From a virus: a DNA stretch of 64,000 bases. Shown here piece by piece: positions 1-10,232 of this stretch (position 1 is the first letter of the stretch; each line of letters begins with the position of its first letter). A model generated the notes under the pieces. The model was not told the origin of the DNA. It was given only the letters and a program-made list of their open reading frames with translations, and did not search any database. A program made the translations under genes and the position numbers. The stretch spans positions 1 to 64,000 of the IMG/VR virus record IMGVR_UViG_3300031688_000003; one strand, given 5' to 3'.

Positions 1-85
1 CTGCAGTCTTAACAATAGGGCCATTATCTTTTTGCCATTGTTGTTCTTCTTCCATTTGTATGGCTACGTGATGTCTATTAATCAT
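1..85 (-). CDS. hypothetical protein, partial (runs off window start)
   Basis: ATG at 85 read manually (MINRHHVAIQMEEEQQW...), open to base 1; start overlaps the end of the upstream gene. Confidence 0.4.
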   Translation of the reverse strand, partial: MINRHHVAIQMEEEQQWQKDNGPIVKTA

Positions 86-236
86 CCCTGTGTTTGTTCA
101 TTTCTTCTAGTACTTTTTCTAATGCCCACTTTTCTGCAAAACGTATTAACTGTTCTTCAGTGTATTCTTGTTTTCCTCCTGGGTCAAATATTGAGTCATC
201 CTCATGTATTGAGTGTAAATATTCTTTTGCATCCAT
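78..236 (-). CDS. hypothetical protein
   Basis: Part of track ORF 78..320; start at MDAKEY (236) preferred because 268..411 occupies the upstream frame. Confidence 0.55.
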   Translation of the reverse strand: MDAKEYLHSIHEDDSIFDPGGKQEYTEEQLIRFAEKWALEKVLEEMNKHRDD

Positions 237-267
237 TTCTTTAACGCCCTTATTAGTGAGAGGGACT

Positions 268-411
268 TTACTCTTTAAATTCAATTCCGTTAATTCCTTT
301 CCAAGTATTCTCTGTGTCATCTACTTTTACTTCTTTGTTCTTTACTACTAATGCTAAAACTAATATTATCACTAATGATATTAAAGCTACTCTTTCTATT
401 TTTTTATCCAT
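268..411 (-). CDS. small membrane protein (47 aa)
   Basis: Manual translation MDKKIERVALISLVIILVLALVVKNK...; single hydrophobic helix. Confidence 0.5.
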   Translation of the reverse strand: MDKKIERVALISLVIILVLALVVKNKEVKVDDTENTWKGINGIEFKE

Positions 412-429
412 AGTTTCTTTGTTTGTCTT

Positions 430-546
430 TTAAATTGATGAATAAACAAGACAAATTAATTGCCAAACTACTAATAATGTGGATATTATAACAAATACCA
501 CTAGAGGAAAAACACACCCATACATTGCTTGGTCATCTTGTTTCAT
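430..546 (-). CDS. small membrane protein (38 aa)
   Basis: Manual translation MKQDDQAMYGCVFPLVVFVIISTLLVVWQLICLVYSSI; start overlaps the stop of 543..818. Confidence 0.45.
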   Translation of the reverse strand: MKQDDQAMYGCVFPLVVFVIISTLLVVWQLICLVYSSI

Positions 547-818
547 AATTCTTTATAGTATTTAGAACCAGTGTTCTTTGGTTCATATTTTTTGTTATTA
601 TTATAGTCACCAGACTTTCTTGATCTCATCTCACCAGTATCAGGATTTCTTTCATAGATTTTATCTACAAATATACCTTCTGTTACAGATACAACTTTGT
701 CCATGTTTTTTACAAGCTTTTCATTTGCTTTGGTGACTCTATTGCCTCTAATAGATCCCATTACTATAAGCACTGATGCTATAAATAGTACATAATATAT
801 AAATATTTCCATAATCAT
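543..818 (-). CDS. hypothetical protein with N-terminal TM helix
   Basis: ORF track; IFIYYVLFIASVLIVMG hydrophobic N-terminus; coupled to the primase stop. Confidence 0.65.
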   Translation of the reverse strand: MIMEIFIYYVLFIASVLIVMGSIRGNRVTKANEKLVKNMDKVVSVTEGIFVDKIYERNPDTGEMRSRKSGDYNNNKKYEPKNTGSKYYKEL

Positions 819-1795
819 TTTTTTAGTGTTTCAGATAGCAACGGTGCTATAGTTTCTTTTATTTTATTTATTCCATGTTTTTTAACAGCATCAGATAGAT
901 CTTTTTCAATTTCTAAATAAGTACCGTGAATTTTATAGTGTAATAAATACTTATTTATTGCAGCATGTCCTGCTTGATCATTATCAAATAAAGTAATAAT
1001 CTTTTTAAATTTACTTTTAAGATTATTTATTAAATAGGGTTTAATCATTGTATTTTCACTGTCTGGTGCAATTACTTCAACATTAAAGTTGAACTGTCTT
1101 AAACACATTGCATCTTTTAGAGATGAACAAATAATTAAATTTGGTTTTGTATATACAAGTTGATCTAGACCTTGTGTGTATGGTCTAACTTTAATGAACT
1201 TATAATTTTTTTGAGATGGTTGGTAGATTTTATATATTAAGCCATTCTTGTCAAAGTATCCATACATCTGCTTATTTCTAATAGTAATCTTATCAAATGA
1301 GTTATCATCCTCCTTAATCATATTATAATACTCAATTGGGTATACATTAAACTCTTCAAGAATAGAGGCACCAATGTTAAATGATAACCAAAAGTCAACA
1401 TCCTCATTATACCATCCTCTTTTCTTTATAAAATCAACTTTATATTTTGCAGCTGGAGTACATTCTATTCTATCATGTTCCCCGTGCTTAAGGATATACT
1501 TATTGTAATCCTCAATTATACGAAATAATGCTTGTGAGAAATTTAATTTGAAAATCTCTTGAACTAAATCTATTGCACTACCCTGGCTTCCTGAACTAAA
1601 GTCTTTAAATCTATAATCTCCTGTAGTTTTTCCATAGTATATAAACATACTTGGGGTTCTCTCAGTAGGATTAAAAATAGATTTAACTTGTAAATCTTGT
1701 CCAAATAGTCTTTCTGGTAGGTCTAGATAGAATTCAAATACCCAAGCAGTATTAACATCTTTCTGATCTTTTATAAAATTCTTTGTACTTATCAT
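815..1795 (-). CDS. DNA primase (DnaG/TOPRIM family)
   Basis: TOPRIM DxD motif LFDNDQAG; N-terminal SIFNPTERTPSM...FKDFSSG resembles a CHC2 zinc-finger region without Cys; start moved to MISTKNF because the longer start lies inside a terminator hairpin. Confidence 0.8.
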   Translation of the reverse strand: MISTKNFIKDQKDVNTAWVFEFYLDLPERLFGQDLQVKSIFNPTERTPSMFIYYGKTTGDYRFKDFSSGSQGSAIDLVQEIFKLNFSQALFRIIEDYNKYILKHGEHDRIECTPAAKYKVDFIKKRGWYNEDVDFWLSFNIGASILEEFNVYPIEYYNMIKEDDNSFDKITIRNKQMYGYFDKNGLIYKIYQPSQKNYKFIKVRPYTQGLDQLVYTKPNLIICSSLKDAMCLRQFNFNVEVIAPDSENTMIKPYLINNLKSKFKKIITLFDNDQAGHAAINKYLLHYKIHGTYLEIEKDLSDAVKKHGINKIKETIAPLLSETLKK

Positions 1796-1800
1796 AGTTA

Positions 1801-1828
1801 AAAAAAGGGGACAGTTTCCCATCCCCCT
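1801..1828 (-). terminator. intrinsic terminator
   Basis: Minus strand GGGGATGG-GAAA-CTGTCCCC followed by a T run. Confidence 0.75.
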
Positions 1829-1842
1829 TATTTATTTAAATA

Positions 1843-2523
1843 TTAAAGCTCAAAGTCTCCTCCTGTTGACCCATTTGTCTTTGGTTCAAAAGAAGTAGAT
1901 TCTTGCTTTTTTGCTATAGCTCTAATATGCACTGATGCATCAAAGTTTAATAATCTTGTAGTCATAGGTTTTAGATTTTCAAGTCCAACTCCTTCTTTAG
2001 AGATTCTTGGAATGTAAAGATCATTATTTATATAACCTTCTTTGTTTTCCCATTCTCTTGATGCTAAACAACTATTCATCCATTCAGAACCTTTTTCATT
2101 ATCAGTGAATAAAGATGCACATTGAGTCATAAAGTCTTCAATTGTTGCTGCTTCAATAGAATCTAAACCATCTCTCATATCAAGAACTTCAGATAAGAAT
2201 ATCATAGATTTAAGAATCTCTTGATCTTTACTGATTTCTCTACCACTTGGTAATGTTGCATCCTTAAATGGAAATGGACTCATTCTAACTCTACCAACTT
2301 GACCTTCATATCTTCCTAATGAGGAATTGTTTTGATCTCTTAAGAAACCTTCAAACTCTCCTGTTACAGGACGGCTTTCTATATGCAACATAATATTATG
2401 TGCTTCAGAATCATATGGTGTTAAATCATATGTGATCTTGTTGATTTTGATTTCATGGTTTCCAGGTCCAAGAACTGGTCTTGCTTTTCCTGATCCTGCT
2501 TGTAATCCCTTTGTGTTTAACAT
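1843..2523 (-). CDS. hypothetical replication protein, possibly ssDNA-binding/annealing partner
   Basis: Lies directly after the AAA ATPase, beta-rich, short acidic/aromatic tail (GGDFEL); alternative start at 2553. Confidence 0.45.
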   Translation of the reverse strand: MLNTKGLQAGSGKARPVLGPGNHEIKINKITYDLTPYDSEAHNIMLHIESRPVTGEFEGFLRDQNNSSLGRYEGQVGRVRMSPFPFKDATLPSGREISKDQEILKSMIFLSEVLDMRDGLDSIEAATIEDFMTQCASLFTDNEKGSEWMNSCLASREWENKEGYINNDLYIPRISKEGVGLENLKPMTTRLLNFDASVHIRAIAKKQESTSFEPKTNGSTGGDFEL

Positions 2524-2564
2524 AACTTTCTTTTTTAAATTTAATTCATTCATATTACTTTTTT

Positions 2565-3245
2565 TTAAGATTCATACTTTGTTATACAGTCTTTTACAAA
2601 CTGTAAATCATTTTCTATAAAGGATTCCTCAAACATTTCCATAGGAGACTTACATGTGTTTTCTCCATTGTTCTGTGTATCAAATCCATATTCTAATTTG
2701 TCCTCACTCTTCTTTACTCTACCAAATAATACTATAGAGAAAAGGCCTTCCAAAGTTAATGTATTATCTATCATTTTACCAATAGTTTTAGCTTTAACTT
2801 TTCTGTTTCCGTTTACATCTGTTGTTTCTTCTGAATGTGTTAAGAAAAAGACATATAAATTATCTCTCAGATCTTTTGGCATCTTAGCAACTTGTGCTAA
2901 ATTAGCTGCAATCTGTGTAAACTTATCATATCCTTTTTCATTTGCTCTATCAAAATATTCAAATGAACTCATATACTGCCAATCATCTATAATTAAATTA
3001 GTGATGTGTGGCATCTTATCATTAACATGCTGTATTGCTTTAATTATACCTGGAGCTGAAGAAGCTGAGGTCATGTTACCTTTTGGATTGTCTTTAGAAA
3101 TATTTGAATAGTTCTTCTTCCAACCTTTAAAAGGTAATGGTTTGTTAGCAATGTTAATAATGAATGTTTCTTTTGGATCTAGGTTTCTCATACTTGTTGA
3201 CTTACCTGTCCCTGAGTCTGCTATGACTAATACGCTGTGTGCCAT
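2565..3245 (-). CDS. AAA-family ATPase (AAA_24/Sak4-like)
   Basis: Walker A ADSGTGKST, Walker B LIIDD, typical phage replication context. Confidence 0.75.
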   Translation of the reverse strand: MAHSVLVIADSGTGKSTSMRNLDPKETFIINIANKPLPFKGWKKNYSNISKDNPKGNMTSASSAPGIIKAIQHVNDKMPHITNLIIDDWQYMSSFEYFDRANEKGYDKFTQIAANLAQVAKMPKDLRDNLYVFFLTHSEETTDVNGNRKVKAKTIGKMIDNTLTLEGLFSIVLFGRVKKSEDKLEYGFDTQNNGENTCKSPMEMFEESFIENDLQFVKDCITKYES

Positions 3246-3746
3246 TTATTTATTTAATTTTTGATTAATACTTAGTAATGCTTTTTCTATTCCTTTTAGT
3301 ACATCAACTATCCCTCTTTCAGTTTCTGGGTTAGGTAATGAATCAAAAGCTTTTTGTTCTACTTCAGGATCTCCACTATTTAATGGTAATCCTTTTCTGT
3401 CAGTAACATCATTTATAACTTTCAATTTAGATACAGGAACAATATGTCTTTGAAATCCAGAGTTACTAGTTATCAATTCATAATCATCTTTCCAATTCTT
3501 ATTATTTTTTAACAAGTATAATGTTCTCTTTGGATCCTCAGTACTATAATCTATACTAACAAACTCAGTATAAATATCTTTATTTGGGATTAATTCACTA
3601 GGAAAGAATGTTATATGTAAATCATCTTTCCCTGGTGGCCTGTATGCCATCTTTGGTATATATAGAGAATTATTTACACTATCTAAATATAGATTGTGCT
3701 CTTCTCTTAGTTTAAGTACTTTTGCTTTACGTTCTTCTGGTGTCAT
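3246..3746 (-). CDS. hypothetical protein
   Basis: 166-aa ORF tightly packed in the replication operon. Confidence 0.7.
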   Translation of the reverse strand: MTPEERKAKVLKLREEHNLYLDSVNNSLYIPKMAYRPPGKDDLHITFFPSELIPNKDIYTEFVSIDYSTEDPKRTLYLLKNNKNWKDDYELITSNSGFQRHIVPVSKLKVINDVTDRKGLPLNSGDPEVEQKAFDSLPNPETERGIVDVLKGIEKALLSINQKLNK

Positions 3747-3749
3747 ATA

Positions 3750-4703
3750 TTATCTTCTTTGTTGTTGTGGTGGAGTATCCATTTCATGTATTTCCATTCT
3801 TTCAAATGCTGCTTTAAAGAATGACATACGTGCATCACCATTCCTTGCTTTAAGGAAGTGAAGTACTAAAGTTTTATCATCATCTATTATAAATCTATCA
3901 GGACCATAAAACTTAATTTTTTGTTTAGCAGGTCTATTAATTCCTATTAGAGTATCTGCATGTTGCAACATTGCATCTGAACCAAATATATCTGATTCAA
4001 GTACATAGTTTCCATACTTACCATCTACTGCTCTATCAGGATTATCAATATTTCTATTGAGTTGTGATAATGCAATAAACATTATAGGATATTCACGCTT
4101 AACTTGAGTGAAGAATTCACCTAACTCAAATAACATATCTAACCTGTTGTTTTGATAGGGTGCTCTCTTTACTAGAATAGTATGGTCTAGAGTTACAATA
4201 GTTTTTTTACCTTTATGCTCATTCATATATGCATCAATCTGTTCCCTCATCTGATTAACAGTCATTGGAGTAGATATAATATCAACTGGATTTGTAACTC
4301 TAGTTTTAGCATATGCATGACATTTGTCAAAAGTAGATTGGTCCAATACAGTACCAGCACTACATAATTGTTTATATGTCTGACCTGTAAGTGATGAGAA
4401 TTCTCTAATAGCTGAAGTTCTACCTACCATCTCAAATTGAAATTCTAATACACGGAAATCTTCTTCAGGGTTATGTATAAATGATTCTCTTATGATTTGA
4501 TCTTTAATCAAAGTTTTACCTGAACCAGGTCTTCCACCAATTACTGTAAGAGTGTTCCATTCTAATCCATCTGTTATAGCATCATTAAATTTAGGCCAAG
4601 GTGTTTGTATTGACTTTTCTTTACCTGACTGTCTGTCAAGCATATATTTAAGTGCTTCATTAAAGGCCGTATATTGACCTCCCCATGCTTTTTTATCTGT
4701 CAT
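3750..4703 (-). CDS. dnaB: DnaB-like replicative helicase (motor domain only)
   Basis: Walker A GGRPGSGKT, H2 VTLDH, H3 LSQLNR, H4 KARNG; only 317 aa. Confidence 0.85.
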   Translation of the reverse strand: MTDKKAWGGQYTAFNEALKYMLDRQSGKEKSIQTPWPKFNDAITDGLEWNTLTVIGGRPGSGKTLIKDQIIRESFIHNPEEDFRVLEFQFEMVGRTSAIREFSSLTGQTYKQLCSAGTVLDQSTFDKCHAYAKTRVTNPVDIISTPMTVNQMREQIDAYMNEHKGKKTIVTLDHTILVKRAPYQNNRLDMLFELGEFFTQVKREYPIMFIALSQLNRNIDNPDRAVDGKYGNYVLESDIFGSDAMLQHADTLIGINRPAKQKIKFYGPDRFIIDDDKTLVLHFLKARNGDARMSFFKAAFERMEIHEMDTPPQQQRR

Positions 4704-5305
4704 ACTACATTATCTTTAAAATGGTTAGGTTGATCAATTATTCCATCTCTGATCATATCACAGTAATCTGCTAGATCAGAATGTTTGATTTTGTTTTTGT
4801 CTTGTTTTGAAATAAAGTATTGACTATTCTTCATATATAAGTATTCTTTATCTTCAAATTCATTAACATACATTCTTGAAGCTTTAATGATTTCTTCCCA
4901 TGTAAAGTCATAACATTCAAAGAACCATCTAAATGCTGTCTCTAAACTTCTTATGTTCTGTCTTGCAGGTGTACCACTTGGTAACTTCCCTGGAGGAAAT
5001 ACATTCCTATAATTTTCTAACTTATCTGCAAAGTCTTTACCCATTAGTTGGATATTTGTTTTCTTCTTTGCTCTTACAAAATAGTTGTCATACTTTCTTA
5101 TGATGCCTCTACCACTAGTAGTGACTGTATAACTTGTTTTATTTTCTTTTTTATGTTGAGCTACATATCCTTCCTTTACTAAGAACCCTACTTGTGACAT
5201 TGGATTAATTTGAGGAACTGATATACGTTCATTTATAGAATACAGTAATAATAACTGATTTGGTGTAATATTTTCTTTAAGGATTTTTTGTAATAATTCC
5301 CACAT
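4700..5305 (-). CDS. hypothetical protein with N-terminal winged-helix-like region (possible initiator/loader)
   Basis: Stop overlaps the helicase ATG; helix-helix-wing pattern (LVKEGYVAQ...YTVTTSGRGII). Confidence 0.45.
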   Translation of the reverse strand: MWELLQKILKENITPNQLLLLYSINERISVPQINPMSQVGFLVKEGYVAQHKKENKTSYTVTTSGRGIIRKYDNYFVRAKKKTNIQLMGKDFADKLENYRNVFPPGKLPSGTPARQNIRSLETAFRWFFECYDFTWEEIIKASRMYVNEFEDKEYLYMKNSQYFISKQDKNKIKHSDLADYCDMIRDGIIDQPNHFKDNVV

Positions 5306-5328
5306 ATGTTGATTTAAATTTTGTTTTG

Positions 5329-5336
5329 CAAATATA
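5329..5336 (-). promoter_or_regulatory. Bacteroidota sigma70 -7 element TATATTTG driving the replication operon
   Basis: Matches TAnnTTTG; 24 nt upstream of the 5305 start. Confidence 0.65.
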
Positions 5337-5357
5337 CTACTTATTAATTTTTTTACC

Positions 5358-5365
5358 TATCTTTG
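5358..5365 (+). promoter_or_regulatory. Bacteroidota sigma70 -7 element TATCTTTG
   Basis: Matches TAnnTTTG; upstream of the lone plus-strand gene at 5471. Confidence 0.65.
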
Positions 5366-5470
5366 TACTATGAATTTTACTCTAAATGACATACAAAAGT
5401 TAGAAAACTCACATCATATTAAAATGCTCAGAACTAAACCAGATCATGCATATAATAAAATATTAAGACA

Positions 5471-5968
5471 ATGGCAGATAAAGAAAAAATAGATAGCAAC
5501 TCTATTATAACAATGGACAAATTAGAGTTAGCTGATAAAATAAAAAATGATTTACCTAAAAATACTATAGTAAAGATGCCTGATGATGCTCTTATAAATG
5601 TTAGTATTTCTGGTGTATTTAGAAGTGAGTTAGGCATGCTTCAAGAGTATTTATTTGATAAAATTCCAGATAGTGATCAAGAGTTAATAAAGATTCTTGC
5701 ACTAATCAATACTTCACAAGAAGATATAAATAAAGCAATAAAGGAACATGATTTAGTATTAGATGATAAGTATTACGCTCTTAAAACAATCATAATATTA
5801 AATATGGAATTGAATTATAGAGCAATAGAACAAGGTGCAGCTGCTGTGTATGATAAAGCAGATGTTTATGAATCTCTAGCTGATGAACTTAAGGGTGGTG
5901 TTCTTCCTTTGTCTGATGAGGAAATAAGTAAAAGAAAAGCAGATGAAATAAAATCTAACGAAGATTAG
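5471..5968 (+). CDS. hypothetical acidic protein, lone plus-strand gene in the minus-strand block
   Basis: 165-aa ORF with own promoter, A-rich leader and phage-like codon use. Confidence 0.7.
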   Translation: MADKEKIDSNSIITMDKLELADKIKNDLPKNTIVKMPDDALINVSISGVFRSELGMLQEYLFDKIPDSDQELIKILALINTSQEDINKAIKEHDLVLDDKYYALKTIIILNMELNYRAIEQGAAAVYDKADVYESLADELKGGVLPLSDEEISKRKADEIKSNED

Positions 5969-6341
5969 ATCCAACATCATCACCAATCTCAATTATATTC
6001 TGTATAACTGCATTCATCTCATCTTTATCACAATCTGCAAATGATTTACAATATTCTTGTCCATCTCTATTAAAACAGAGACCAGACTTTCTTTTTATTA
6101 TTAATTTCATTTCTTCTAGACTGTATCCTATCTCTGCTGCTAATTCTCTTAGCATTACATAAACCTTTGCCAATTGTGCATTAGATCCTTTAGGACCACT
6201 AACACTAACAAACATTTCTACTTTTGAGCCTTCTGGTAAACTATCTACAAATTTATCATAGATAGTTTCCCTGGCTTTAATACTATGTTGGAGTTTTCCA
6301 TCCCTTTTAACAAGGTTAGAAAAGAAATTTTGCTTACTCAT
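5955..6341 (-). CDS. NinB/Orf-like recombination protein
   Basis: SNAQLAKVYVMLRELAAEIGYSLEEMK...KSFADCDKDEM resembles the NinB/YbcN pattern; start at MSKQNF. Confidence 0.45.
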   Translation of the reverse strand: MSKQNFFSNLVKRDGKLQHSIKARETIYDKFVDSLPEGSKVEMFVSVSGPKGSNAQLAKVYVMLRELAAEIGYSLEEMKLIIKRKSGLCFNRDGQEYCKSFADCDKDEMNAVIQNIIEIGDDVGSNLR

Positions 6342-6453
6342 CTCCTTTAGTTTTTTTATATACATGCCTTTCTATCTGAGATGCAGCATACAAACCTGTA
6401 GCTAATCCCAATACATATATTACTATTCCTATTATTAGATATAATGCTTCCAT
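6334..6453 (-). CDS. small membrane protein (39 aa)
   Basis: Manual translation MEALYLIIGIVIYVLGLATGLYAASQIER...; overlaps both neighbours. Confidence 0.55.
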   Translation of the reverse strand: MEALYLIIGIVIYVLGLATGLYAASQIERHVYKKTKGDE

Positions 6454-6716
6454 TATATTGTTTCTAAAATTTGTTCACACATAAAATCATAATCCATATC
6501 AACATCTATGAATGGTGCAACATTTACTTCAACGAGATTACCATTTTTGTCTTCTGCATGTATCATAACTTTATCTATGACTACCATTGCACTACAACCT
6601 GGTTCTTCTCTAGTTTCTCTTTCTGCTGGTTCAAATGTATAATGTAAATTAAAATCTGACCCGTCTATTTCTATAGTATGTGTATCTTTAAATGAATATA
6701 CTCTATTTCTGCTCAT
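6453..6716 (-). CDS. hypothetical protein
   Basis: 87-aa acidic ORF in the operon. Confidence 0.65.
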   Translation of the reverse strand: MSRNRVYSFKDTHTIEIDGSDFNLHYTFEPAERETREEPGCSAMVVIDKVMIHAEDKNGNLVEVNVAPFIDVDMDYDFMCEQILETI

Positions 6717-6793
6717 AAAAATTTAATTATTGATAATCCAGGTTGTTCATCACCTGGATCTGTTATTATTATTTCCATTAATTGTTTTATTAA

Positions 6794-6864
6794 AATACTA
6801 AGGGTTAGACAAAGTATTAACCTAATTTGGCAAAAACGCCTTTATGCCCTTAACCCCTAGTATT
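6794..6864 (-). terminator. structured element 3' of groEL (long stem with inner hairpin)
   Basis: AATACTAGGGGTTA pairs with TAACCCTTAGTATT (one G-U); inner GGCATAAA-GGCG-TTTTTGCC hairpin. Confidence 0.55.
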
Positions 6865-6870
6865 AAATTA

Positions 6871-8505
6871 TTACATCATTCCTGGCATTCCACCCATTGG
6901 TGGTAAATCAGGTGTATCTTTAGGAATTCTTGAAACAACACATTCTGTAGTTAGTATCATACTTGCAACTGAGGCTGCATTTTCTAAACCTACTCTAACT
7001 ACTTTTGCTGGATCAATTACTCCTGATTGATAAAGATTTTCAAAGCGTTCAGTTTTTGCATTAAAACCATAATCATCTCCTGATTTAATTCTCTTTACTT
7101 CTGAAACAATTACACTTCCTTCTAATCCTGCATTTTCAACTATTTGTCTTAAAGGTTCTTCAACTGCTCTTTTTATAATATCAATGCCTGTTTTTTCATC
7201 AGCATTATCACCTTCTAAACTTTCTAGTTCTAATGCAGCTCTAATAAGAGCAACACCACCACCTGGAACAATTCCTTCTTCCACAGCAGCTTTAGTTGCA
7301 GCTAATGCATCAACAACACGGTCTTTCTTTTCTCTCATTTCAATTTCAGTAGGAGCTCCAACATATAATACTGCTACACCTCCTGCTAATTTTGCTATAC
7401 GTTCTTTAAGAATTTGTATATCATAATCACCTTTAGTGTTTTCAAGTATATTTTTGTTTTGCTCTACTCTTGCATCAATTTGAATTTTATCACCAGCTCC
7501 ATTAATAATAGTAGTAGTATCCTTATTAGTTACAATTTTATCTGCAGAACCTAATAAGTCAAGAGTAACAGCTTCTAATTTGAAACCTTTATCCTCTGAT
7601 ATAACTGTACCACCACATAAAACAGCAATGTCTTCTAACATGTCAGCTCTTCTATCACCAAAGCCAGGAGCTTTAACTGCAGAAACTTGTAAAGTACCTC
7701 TCATTTTATTCATTACTAATGTTTGAAGAGATTCTCCTTCAATGTCATCTGCAATAATTAATAGAGGTCTTCCCTGTTGTGCTATTTGCTCAAGGATTAA
7801 CATAAGATCTTTCATTGCTGAAATTTTCTTGTCAGTGATAAGAATTAAAGGTTTTTCTAAAATAACTTCCATTTTGATTTGATCAGTAACAAAGTAAGGT
7901 GATAAGTATCCTCTATCAAATTGCATTCCTTCAACAACATCAACATAAGTTTCCATACCTTTTGCTTCCTCTATAGTAATAACACCTTCTGTTTTTACTT
8001 TCTCCATTGCTTCAGCAATTAAAGAACCAATAACAACATCATTATTAGCTGATATACTTGCTATCTGTTTAATCTTCTTATAAGATTCATTAACTTGTTT
8101 AGATTGTTTCTTGATATTACTATTTATAAATTTAACAGCTTTATCAATTCCTCTTTTAAGATCCATAGGATTGGCCCCAGCAGCTACATTCTTTAATCCT
8201 GCTGTAAGTATAGCTTGTGCTAATACAGTAGCTGTAGTAGTACCATCACCTGCTTCTTCATTTGTATTATGTGAAACTTGCTTAACCATCTGTGCTCCCA
8301 TATTTTCAACAGGATCTTTTAAGTTTATTTCTTTAGCTACAGTAACACCATCTTTTGTGATGTGTGGTCCTGTAAATTCTAAATCAAGTACTACATTCCT
8401 ACCCTTAGGTCCTAATGTAACTTTTACTGCATTTGCTAAAGCATCTACACCTCTTTTTAGTGCGTCTCTTGCTTCAATATCAAAAGTTATTTCTTTTTTT
8501 GCCAT
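6871..8505 (-). CDS. groEL: chaperonin GroEL (group I)
   Basis: [31 protein letters not shown]-terminal [10 protein letters not shown]; full length 544 aa. Confidence 0.98.
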   Translation of the reverse strand: MAKKEITFDIEARDALKRGVDALANAVKVTLGPKGRNVVLDLEFTGPHITKDGVTVAKEINLKDPVENMGAQMVKQVSHNTNEEAGDGTTTATVLAQAILTAGLKNVAAGANPMDLKRGIDKAVKFINSNIKKQSKQVNESYKKIKQIASISANNDVVIGSLIAEAMEKVKTEGVITIEEAKGMETYVDVVEGMQFDRGYLSPYFVTDQIKMEVILEKPLILITDKKISAMKDLMLILEQIAQQGRPLLIIADDIEGESLQTLVMNKMRGTLQVSAVKAPGFGDRRADMLEDIAVLCGGTVISEDKGFKLEAVTLDLLGSADKIVTNKDTTTIINGAGDKIQIDARVEQNKNILENTKGDYDIQILKERIAKLAGGVAVLYVGAPTEIEMREKKDRVVDALAATKAAVEEGIVPGGGVALIRAALELESLEGDNADEKTGIDIIKRAVEEPLRQIVENAGLEGSVIVSEVKRIKSGDDYGFNAKTERFENLYQSGVIDPAKVVRVGLENAASVASMILTTECVVSRIPKDTPDLPPMGGMPGMM

Positions 8506-8527
8506 TTCTTTTTAGTTTTTGGTTTGT

Positions 8528-9634
8528 TTATTTGTCTGTTAAAGGATTATACCTAGTTATTTTTGTTGGATCAAAGCCACTCAGAGCAGAATCTACCCAT
8601 TTCTCATCAACAGTATCAATATAGCAAAGAATATGACAAGTAGCAGTTTCTGTAGGGTTAAGTCTTAATAACCTTCCAATTCTCTGTGCTGTCTTTCTTT
8701 CATTACCATATGCATGAAGGATTATTCCTTCTTTAAGTCCAGGAATAGTAACACCTTCACTTAATTGTAACACACATGATAACTTATCTATTCTACCATC
8801 AGAAAACAACTCTAAGTTTTCTTCAGACTTCTTGTTTCCAGAATGATAACTATGCTTACACATTCTATCTGCTTGTTTTTGAGTGTTGGCAAATGTAATA
8901 CATTTTTCAGAAACATTCTTCATTAATCCCAACGCATATGATTCTTTTGTTCCATAATCCATCATTGCTTTCATCCTCATGATTGCAGAGAACTGTTTTT
9001 GTTTCTGAGTTTGTGCTTCAACAAGTCTTTGAGTATAATACTCATAATCCTTCTTTTCATTAGTAAACCATGACCCACCTGTTGTTTTATTAACCTTCTT
9101 AAGTGTAGGTAAACCACTGAGGTTTAATTTATGAACTATGATTTTGTAATCATTTAATATATTACTATCAGTAGCTTCATCAACAGTGAAGTTGTATACA
9201 ATAGGACAGTATTTAGATACCATTCTATATTTCTCAGTACCACGCCTTGTTGGTGGTGTACCAGTAAGACCTAAAATCTTACCTGAAAACTTACTAAGAA
9301 ATTCTTCATGATTATCCAGGAGACTATGACACTCATCTAAATAGACAATATCATAATCATTTGGGTTCTCTTTATTTATAGAAAGGTATGTAGTAAATTT
9401 AATGTGACCACCTAATGCATCAGTTAATTCCATCTTAACTAACTCATCTTCCCAAGCATCTTTGACAGATAACTTTGGAATTACTACTAATGCTTTTAGA
9501 AACGGATTATAATTAGCTTGAAGGTGTTGTATAGCTATTCTAGTTTTACCTACACCCATGCTGATCCCTAATCCACATCTTTTATTATTTAATGTTAGCT
9601 CTAATGCTTCTTGTTGAACATTTTCTCTACTCAT
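8528..9634 (-). CDS. superfamily 2 helicase (DExH, ResIII/UvsW-like)
   Basis: MGVGKT, LDECH, GLTGTP, QRIGRLLR motifs. Confidence 0.9.
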   Translation of the reverse strand: MSRENVQQEALELTLNNKRCGLGISMGVGKTRIAIQHLQANYNPFLKALVVIPKLSVKDAWEDELVKMELTDALGGHIKFTTYLSINKENPNDYDIVYLDECHSLLDNHEEFLSKFSGKILGLTGTPPTRRGTEKYRMVSKYCPIVYNFTVDEATDSNILNDYKIIVHKLNLSGLPTLKKVNKTTGGSWFTNEKKDYEYYTQRLVEAQTQKQKQFSAIMRMKAMMDYGTKESYALGLMKNVSEKCITFANTQKQADRMCKHSYHSGNKKSEENLELFSDGRIDKLSCVLQLSEGVTIPGLKEGIILHAYGNERKTAQRIGRLLRLNPTETATCHILCYIDTVDEKWVDSALSGFDPTKITRYNPLTDK

Positions 9635-9786
9635 AATAAATAAGGTTTACCATTATTAATATTATCTATTATTTTTTTTATTGTACCATCTGGTTCAACA
9701 TAATGTCCATCAGGTGCTGGTTTCTCCTTTTTTAGATTCTTTAAGATTTCTTTTTTCTGCTTATGCAGTTTCTTTGATTTGTGCAT
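9631..9786 (-). CDS. small basic hypothetical protein (51 aa)
   Basis: Manual translation MHKSKKLHKQKKEILKNL...; TGA overlaps the helicase ATG. Confidence 0.5.
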   Translation of the reverse strand: MHKSKKLHKQKKEILKNLKKEKPAPDGHYVEPDGTIKKIIDNINNGKPYLL

Positions 9787-9967
9787 GAGTAAGATTATAT
9801 TTAGCCATTACAGCTTTTAATTTAGTTTGTAATTTAGTTTTATCTGACTCAATAGTTTTAAAACGATTGGTCCCAGATGTGCTTATACCATTTAATTGAA
9901 TTCTGTGTGTCATTACACTTATAGTTCTTTTTAGATTCTTACAAATCTCTAATGCTTTAATTTCCAT
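9761..9967 (-). CDS. hypothetical protein
   Basis: ORF track; packed operon. Confidence 0.6.
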   Translation of the reverse strand: MEIKALEICKNLKRTISVMTHRIQLNGISTSGTNRFKTIESDKTKLQTKLKAVMAKYNLTHAQIKETA

Positions 9968-9968
9968 A

Positions 9969-10232
9969 TTATGTTTTTGGTATTGAGAAGCCTAATTCAA
10001 TAGCTTCAGATTGATTTAATTCTATCCATGTATGACAACTTCTGCATACTGATAACCATGTAGTTATATCATTATGATATTTACCACGTCCTTTTTTGTG
10101 ATGTACTTCAGATGCCCTTAATGCACAACCAGGTAAACTGGCCATACAATTAGGTTTATCTGTAAGGAATTCAACTCTGAGTTTTGTATACTCTTTATTG
10201 ATCTTTCCCATTTTCTTAGAATGATTGTTCAT
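9969..10232 (-). CDS. small HNH endonuclease-family protein
   Basis: C-x6-C...EVHHKKGRG...VCRSCH pattern. Confidence 0.75.
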   Translation of the reverse strand: MNNHSKKMGKINKEYTKLRVEFLTDKPNCMASLPGCALRASEVHHKKGRGKYHNDITTWLSVCRSCHTWIELNQSEAIELGFSIPKT

